This document shows positions 58,762 through 64,000 of a DNA stretch of 64,000 bases, piece after piece. Under the pieces are notes generated by a model. That model ran no database searches. It worked only from the letters and a program-made list of their open reading frames with translations, and was not told the origin of the DNA. Made by a program: the position numbers and the translations under genes. How positions within the stretch are numbered: the stretch's first letter is position 1; the number at the start of each line of letters is the position of its first letter. Origin of the DNA: a virus; the IMG/VR virus record IMGVR_UViG_3300035145_003920, positions 13,468 to 77,467 of that record. One strand, given 5' to 3'.

Positions 58762-59404
58762 TATAAAAACCTTTAAAATTAGGATAAGGGTAAGTAGGAT
58801 TATTATGGTAATTTCCTATTGGGTGTGTTGAATAAACACAAGCATATAACCCTCTAACACTTTGTGATGTATTTTTTCTAGAACCATGTAATGTATTTCC
58901 TTCAATAGCTACAATATCACCTGCTTTAGCTATAATTTCTTCCCATTTATCTGTTTTTTTATTTAAACAAATTAAAGGACCTGTTTTAGAAGGCATATCA
59001 TTTAAAATCCAAGATATATTTACAGTTTTAAAATCTCCCCTTTCTGCTGCTTTAGGATCGGGACCATACTGATTATCATAATGTGGTTCAAATTTAAATT
59101 TTGTTCCTGGGAGTTTTACAACTACTTGATCATTAAAAAGATAGGGTTTATCAGTTTCTAATAATGTTGAAGATAAATCATACATTATTTTAGAAGTATA
59201 TGATTTAAATAATTTAGAATCTAATTTACTAGCCATTTCAAAACCTTCCCAAAATTTGCCTGTACCCCAATCCCTGGGTTTGCCAGTAGAATTCATATAT
59301 TTATATTTCATTTTAATAGCCAAATCCCTAGTGTATTCTAGTAATTTACTATCTATTACATTTTCTAAGTGTATAAAACCTTGTTCTTTAAATTTTTGCA
59401 ACAT
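58739..59404 (-). CDS. PhyH-like 2OG-Fe(II) dioxygenase
   Basis: F.EQGF, HYD, AGD, LHGS..N.S..R. Confidence 0.85.
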   Translation of the reverse strand: MLQKFKEQGFIHLENVIDSKLLEYTRDLAIKMKYKYMNSTGKPRDWGTGKFWEGFEMASKLDSKLFKSYTSKIMYDLSSTLLETDKPYLFNDQVVVKLPGTKFKFEPHYDNQYGPDPKAAERGDFKTVNISWILNDMPSKTGPLICLNKKTDKWEEIIAKAGDIVAIEGNTLHGSRKNTSQSVRGLYACVYSTHPIGNYHNNPTYPYPNFKGFYNEIFPSI

Positions 59405-59406
59405 AA

Positions 59407-60756
59407 TTATATTTCTATAATCCAGCTATCATCTTTAAATGTTTTAATGTCTTTACCGTTAAATACATCATTAATTATTTCTTTTCCTATACTATAATTA
59501 GAACCACCTATTAATTTAGTATTAGTAGAATATAACATTAAATTTGATTTTAAATTAGCTAGATCACGATTTCTTAAATTGTAATACACAAATGATAAAT
59601 TTTGATTTTTTATATTATCTTTTATTATTCCTATTTTATTTTTAAAAAAATAAGTATTATTATTAAAAGCTGAAGAGATATCTTTCCAAGTTAGATTATT
59701 ATTTATATTAAATATATCTTCTCCTTGTAATTTTTGTATACAGTAAATATATGAGAAAATATTACTACATCCAAAGAAAAAAGTATTTTCTCCTGTATGA
59801 GGGTTTATTTCTAACATTTTATGTTTTTCTTCCTCATTTAATTTTGTTGTAACAAAACTTAATAAATCACTTATACCAAAAAAATTATTATTAAATTTAG
59901 AACCCCCTGGGTTAAATTTTTGAATTCCAAATTTAGGTAAATCAAATACTAATTCAACATATCTATCTAATAAATCTTTAGGGTGTTTTAAATATTTAAC
60001 TAATTCATGATTGTATACTTTTCCTTCTTCATCAAAAGATATAGCTACGTCTCCATCACTTTTTCTATAGTCATTATAATAAGTATCGGAATCGGCATTT
60101 TGGGATTCTACTAAATCATTTACTTGTTGTATTAAACTGTTTCTTAAAGTAAAAACTTTATGGGTTTTTACATATTGTTCTAAATAAACATCAGCGGCAT
60201 ATTTAATAGGAAGATAATTATCTGAAAGGGTTTTTATCATGTCTTTAGTAGCTACATAAGCATGGGCACCTTCGTAATTATTATTAAATTTAGGAACTGT
60301 TAAATACTTACCTATATTCATTCCAAAAATTTGGGATTTCTTTTTACCCAAATGTAGTAAATCCCAATCATAAGATTGAATTTCATTTAATATATCTTGG
60401 TATTCATCAGTATATTGATTTTCTTCAACACATTTATTATATAGGAATACATCATCTTCTAAAAATAAAGCATTTTCAACTTCATCTTGTAATGCTTGAT
60501 CCCAAGCTTTTTTATGTGATAAAGCACAGGCAAAAACCCCCATTGTGACCATTCCATGAGGATCAAAAAATGATTTATTTAATTCTCTATTATATATTAA
60601 ATCTTGAATTTTTAATTGTTTACCATCTATTGCTTCAATAAATGTAAAATCTAAATAAGGATATTTTTTTTCTAAAGCAGTCCTTCTATCTAATCTACGT
60701 TTTAAATTAATAACATAAATTTTGTCAAATCCTAATGTAGAATGTTTATTATTCAT
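59407..60756 (-). CDS. GT25 glycosyltransferase fused to a degenerate methyltransferase domain
   Basis: YVINLKRRLDR, EAIDG, CALSH, LFLEDD, AHAY; C-terminus resembles the downstream methyltransferase. Confidence 0.85.
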   Translation of the reverse strand: MNNKHSTLGFDKIYVINLKRRLDRRTALEKKYPYLDFTFIEAIDGKQLKIQDLIYNRELNKSFFDPHGMVTMGVFACALSHKKAWDQALQDEVENALFLEDDVFLYNKCVEENQYTDEYQDILNEIQSYDWDLLHLGKKKSQIFGMNIGKYLTVPKFNNNYEGAHAYVATKDMIKTLSDNYLPIKYAADVYLEQYVKTHKVFTLRNSLIQQVNDLVESQNADSDTYYNDYRKSDGDVAISFDEEGKVYNHELVKYLKHPKDLLDRYVELVFDLPKFGIQKFNPGGSKFNNNFFGISDLLSFVTTKLNEEEKHKMLEINPHTGENTFFFGCSNIFSYIYCIQKLQGEDIFNINNNLTWKDISSAFNNNTYFFKNKIGIIKDNIKNQNLSFVYYNLRNRDLANLKSNLMLYSTNTKLIGGSNYSIGKEIINDVFNGKDIKTFKDDSWIIEI

Positions 60757-61790
60757 TATAAATGATTTGTTATAAATTCTTTATATAAATTTTTACAATT
60801 AGAATTATTTATCCAAGATATATCTTCTACGGTTTTAAATAATATACTTCTTAATTCTGAAACTGAGATGTTATTTATTTGGTTAAATATATTATTAAAA
60901 GATTCAATATTAGCATATTCTATAGAAAAGGGATAATCACTAAGATATTCAGATGATGAAGTATTTTTACTAATTATGGGAACAACACCATTAATTAAAC
61001 TTAAATACATAAAATAACTAAAAGAATTATATAAAGAACAATCATAATATATGTAGTTATTTAAATAAAATTTATTATAATCTTTTAATTTACCATAGAA
61101 ATTTATATTTGGATATTTTTCAGTTAAATAATTAACTATGTTTTCGTTTTTTACTGGGTTTTTTCCATGGGAACCATATAAAGAAAAATTAAAATTATTT
61201 AAATATTTTGAATAAAATTCTAGATGAAAAATTCCTTTAGAATATGAAGGAGTTCCATTATAACCTATATTATTAGTTTTTATAATATTTTGTTCATTTA
61301 ATTTTACAAATTCTTTTTTACCTAATGAAGGAGGTATTACACAAGATACAACTTTATTTGAAATATATTTTTCATTAAATAAATGTTTATCTTTTTCATT
61401 ATAAAATATGAACCCATCTGATAGGGAATATAATTCATTCCATTCATTAGTTTTTAAAGTAGAATAGACATAGTCTTTTTCAATTGAGAAATTTTTTACA
61501 AATTCAGTATTTAAGTCTTTTTCAACTTCAGGAATTGTATCTACAATAAAAATTTTAGGAATTGTTAATTCAGAAAGGAAATTTACTATATATTGATAGC
61601 TTGTAATTTCGGAATTTAGTAATACTAAAGCATGAGTATAATATTGATTTAAAGAATATACTTGATTTTCATTTTTAAATTCAATAACATCCTCGGGGAG
61701 TAATTCTAAAGTATCAATTAATTGGTTTAAAATTAAAGTTTCTTCAATATACCCTTTATTAACATAATTGGTAATTAAACATAACTTCAT
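60756..61790 (-). CDS. Divergent GT-B (GT4-like) glycosyltransferase
   Basis: IGYNG..SKG, INFYG, S.Y.SF...SLINGVVPIIS. Confidence 0.6.
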   Translation of the reverse strand: MKLCLITNYVNKGYIEETLILNQLIDTLELLPEDVIEFKNENQVYSLNQYYTHALVLLNSEITSYQYIVNFLSELTIPKIFIVDTIPEVEKDLNTEFVKNFSIEKDYVYSTLKTNEWNELYSLSDGFIFYNEKDKHLFNEKYISNKVVSCVIPPSLGKKEFVKLNEQNIIKTNNIGYNGTPSYSKGIFHLEFYSKYLNNFNFSLYGSHGKNPVKNENIVNYLTEKYPNINFYGKLKDYNKFYLNNYIYYDCSLYNSFSYFMYLSLINGVVPIISKNTSSSEYLSDYPFSIEYANIESFNNIFNQINNISVSELRSILFKTVEDISWINNSNCKNLYKEFITNHL

Positions 61791-62714
61791 TTAGATCATG
61801 TTTTTCTTTTTTAACTCTTCTTTTAATTTTTGATCAATAAACCAATGTTTATAATAATCTCTTTTTTCACAAATATATGCAAAATAATCATCTACTTTAT
61901 CTTTCCAATTTTTATCAATGTAAGGATTAATTACACCTGATTTTGGATTAGAAAAAGTTTTATTTATCCATTCTTTTCCATGATGTTGATGAGCAAAAGC
62001 TTGTGTGTTTAAAGCATAAAAGGATGATTGGGCAATATCATTATAAACATCTACTGCTTCAACCGGTTTACCTAATGCAATAGCATTAATTACTGATTCA
62101 CTCCAGTGAGTTGAATACACTTTTTTAGCTTTATTTAAAAAATGATATAAATCAATATCTCTAGGAAGTACAGCATCTGCTCCTAATAAATCTTTTAATT
62201 CCCCAACAACAGCATGAGTTGTAATAGGATGAGGTTTAAAATAAAGATTATCACTATATTTCTTTTTTAGATATCTTAATTTATTTAAACAAGTATTACC
62301 TTTTAATTTATTAGATCCTGGGAGTACTACTATATTTTCTACATCTCTGTATTGTTCAAAATCTTGTTCTCTACTTTGGTATTTATTAGCTGTTTTTTCT
62401 TCTACTCTTTTAGCCATATGAGAAGCGAAGTCAATAATAGGATAATCAGTTTGATCATACCATGCATCTGTAATAGATTCTAATCTTAATTTTAAGTTTA
62501 GGGGTTGTAAATAAAAATTTCCAGCATGTTCTGTATAACCCATTGTTTTAAAATAGGGCATTTCTTCTGCTAATACATCATAACTATGTTCGATATCTAA
62601 TTCTTTACATTTACGAATTACATACCCTTCAACATCTTCTAAATCTCTAAGATTTGTGTTTTTCTTTAATGAACCAATTCTTTCTTCAAGAACCTTTTTA
62701 TTGAACATTTCCAT
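61791..62714 (-). CDS. KpsS/KpsC-like capsular polysaccharide synthesis domain protein
   Basis: KYQ, YFKPHP, S.S.I.A.ALGKPV. Confidence 0.55.
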   Translation of the reverse strand: MEMFNKKVLEERIGSLKKNTNLRDLEDVEGYVIRKCKELDIEHSYDVLAEEMPYFKTMGYTEHAGNFYLQPLNLKLRLESITDAWYDQTDYPIIDFASHMAKRVEEKTANKYQSREQDFEQYRDVENIVVLPGSNKLKGNTCLNKLRYLKKKYSDNLYFKPHPITTHAVVGELKDLLGADAVLPRDIDLYHFLNKAKKVYSTHWSESVINAIALGKPVEAVDVYNDIAQSSFYALNTQAFAHQHHGKEWINKTFSNPKSGVINPYIDKNWKDKVDDYFAYICEKRDYYKHWFIDQKLKEELKKKNMI

Positions 62715-62739
62715 ATATAAAATAACTTTTTAGTATTAA

Positions 62740-62771
62740 CCAATATAATAATAACCTTTTAAAAAACCAAA
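62740..62771 (-). promoter_or_regulatory. Bacteroidota-type promoter heading the glycan cassette
   Basis: TTTG-N20-TATATTGG. Confidence 0.6.
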
Positions 62772-63998
62772 TTACTTTCCTCTATTTTTATATCTATTCC
62801 ATTCTCCTCTACTCCATTTACTTTTACTATTATTTTTAACATATTGTACTTTTCCTACTTTAGATTTAGAAGTATTTTTAACATGTCTATCAACTATAGT
62901 AGAATACCATCCTCTTGCTACTGAGGTATTTGTTGTTTTATCAGTAGACCTTCCTGTACCCGTATATGTTTGAGTAGAGAAAGTTGTTGTGGTACTACGA
63001 GTTGTAGTCCAAGTAGTAGTCCATGTTGTTACTGTTGATGCACTAGTAGTCCATGATGTTGTAGTTGATTTACTTGTATTAAATGTTGTAGTTGTTGATC
63101 TACTAGTAGACCAAGTTGTATTAAACGTTGTAGTTGTATTAGCACTTGTTGAAAAAGTTGTTGTTGTACTTTGACTAGTAGTCCAACTAGTTGTAGTAGA
63201 TCTAGTAGTATTAAAGGTAGTTGTTGTACTACGAGTTGTTGACCAAGTTGTATTAAACGTTGTGGTTGTACTAGAACTAGTACTAAATGTTGTTGTTGTA
63301 TTCTGACTTGTACTAAATGTAGTTGTTGTACTACGAGTTGTATTAAATGTAGTAGTAGTAGTTTTACTAGTACTCCAAGATGTATTGAATGTAGTGGTTG
63401 TACTTTGACTAGTACTAAATGTTGTTGTAGTACTTTGGCTTGTATTAAATGTAGTAGTTGTACTACGAGTAGTATTCCAACTTGTAGAAGTTGTTCTAGT
63501 AGTATTCCAACTTGTAGTTGTTGATTTACTAGTACTAACACTTGTACTAAAAGTAGTGGTTGTAGATTTACTAGTACTAAATGTTGTTAATGTAGTTCTA
63601 GTAGTGTTCCAAGAAGTGGAAGTAGTTTTAGTAGTATTCCAACTTGTAGTGAATGTAGTTGTTGTTGATTTACTTGTTGCAAAAGTGGTTGTTCTACTAG
63701 TATTCCAAGATGTAGTAAAAGTTGTTGTTGTGCTTTTACTAGTATTATAAGTTGTTGTCCTACTTGTATTCCAGCTTGTAGTTGTTGATCTGCTAGTGCT
63801 TACACTTGTATTAAATGTTGTAGTAGTACTCTGACTTGTGTTAAAATATGTTGTTCTACTCGTATTAAAAGTGGTGGTTGTTGATCTACTAGTACTTTGA
63901 CTTGTAGCAAATGTTGTAGTAGTACTCTGACTAGTATTAAAGTATGTTGTTCTACTAGTATTAAATGTTGTAGTAGTTGATTTACTAGTACTTTGGCT
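62772..63998 (-). CDS. Partial (start lies beyond the window) Thr/Ser-rich repeat protein with basic/Trp C-terminus
   Basis: Open frame of more than 400 codons built from (R/K/Q)STTTTF(N/S)TS-type units, ending WSRGEWNRYKNRGK*. Confidence 0.88.
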   Translation of the reverse strand, partial: SQSTSKSTTTTFNTSRTTYFNTSQSTTTTFATSQSTSRSTTTTFNTSRTTYFNTSQSTTTTFNTSVSTSRSTTTSWNTSRTTTYNTSKSTTTTFTTSWNTSRTTTFATSKSTTTTFTTSWNTTKTTSTSWNTTRTTLTTFSTSKSTTTTFSTSVSTSKSTTTSWNTTRTTSTSWNTTRSTTTTFNTSQSTTTTFSTSQSTTTTFNTSWSTSKTTTTTFNTTRSTTTTFSTSQNTTTTFSTSSSTTTTFNTTWSTTRSTTTTFNTTRSTTTSWTTSQSTTTTFSTSANTTTTFNTTWSTSRSTTTTFNTSKSTTTSWTTSASTVTTWTTTWTTTRSTTTTFSTQTYTGTGRSTDKTTNTSVARGWYSTIVDRHVKNTSKSKVGKVQYVKNNSKSKWSRGEWNRYKNRGK

Positions 63999-64000
63999 TG
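62990..64000 (-). repeat. Degenerate coding tandem repeat (~30-nt units plus 12- and 24-nt variants)
   Basis: Recurrent gtattaaatgttgtagtagt and actagta; synonymous codon variation. Confidence 0.85.

Noticed and set aside
62989-63750. Track ORFs at 62989, 63029 and 63556 (Val-rich or Leu/Gln-rich)
   Set aside because: Alternative-frame or antisense shadows of the Thr-repeat gene, whose real frame has no start codon in the window
62990-64000. Possible CRISPR array or DGR repeats
   Set aside because: The repeats are degenerate, codon-phased and lack unique spacers; no cas operon or reverse transcriptase is present, and the Cas4-like nuclease is a usual phage exonuclease
1-64000. Stop-codon reassignment, introns or inteins
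   Set aside because: Genes tile densely in the standard code with TAA, TAG and TGA all used as stops, and core genes are uninterrupted and of normal length

Overview
This 64 kb window is an AT-rich segment of a large, T4-related contractile-tailed (myo) phage. Essentially all genes are on the minus strand and use the standard genetic code. In transcription order (64000 toward 1) it holds: a partial Thr/Ser-repeat protein that the ORF track missed; a glycan-modification cassette; primase and nuclease genes; a ~23 kb block of putative capsid-internal 'cargo' proteins interleaved with terminase, portal and small metabolic genes; prohead protease, scaffold and major capsid; neck genes; an Aah/TibC-like glycosyltransferase pair; tail sheath, tube, chaperone, tape measure and baseplate; then replication genes (an atypical mini family-A polymerase, SSB, RecA/UvsX, RNase H/5'-exonuclease, helicase, NrdB, NrdA). 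Repeated TTTG-N20-TATATT promoters and A-rich leaders with no Shine-Dalgarno point to a Bacteroidota (probably Flavobacteriia) host. The most novel candidates are: (1) a virion protein-glycosylation system made of a mucin-like repeat protein, several glycosyltransferases and [ST][GA]S-rich capsid, neck and sheath surfaces; (2) a shared targeting-helix plus [LIVM]xE protease-site code that would package multi-enzyme polyproteins into the head; (3) an unannotated 21-aa, 9-Cys metallothionein-like peptide; (4) a thumb-less PolA with His at the steric gate; (5) a +1/-2 tail-chaperone frameshift; (6) a bistable RNA leader upstream of the scaffold gene. All assignments come from reading motifs by eye; no searches were run.
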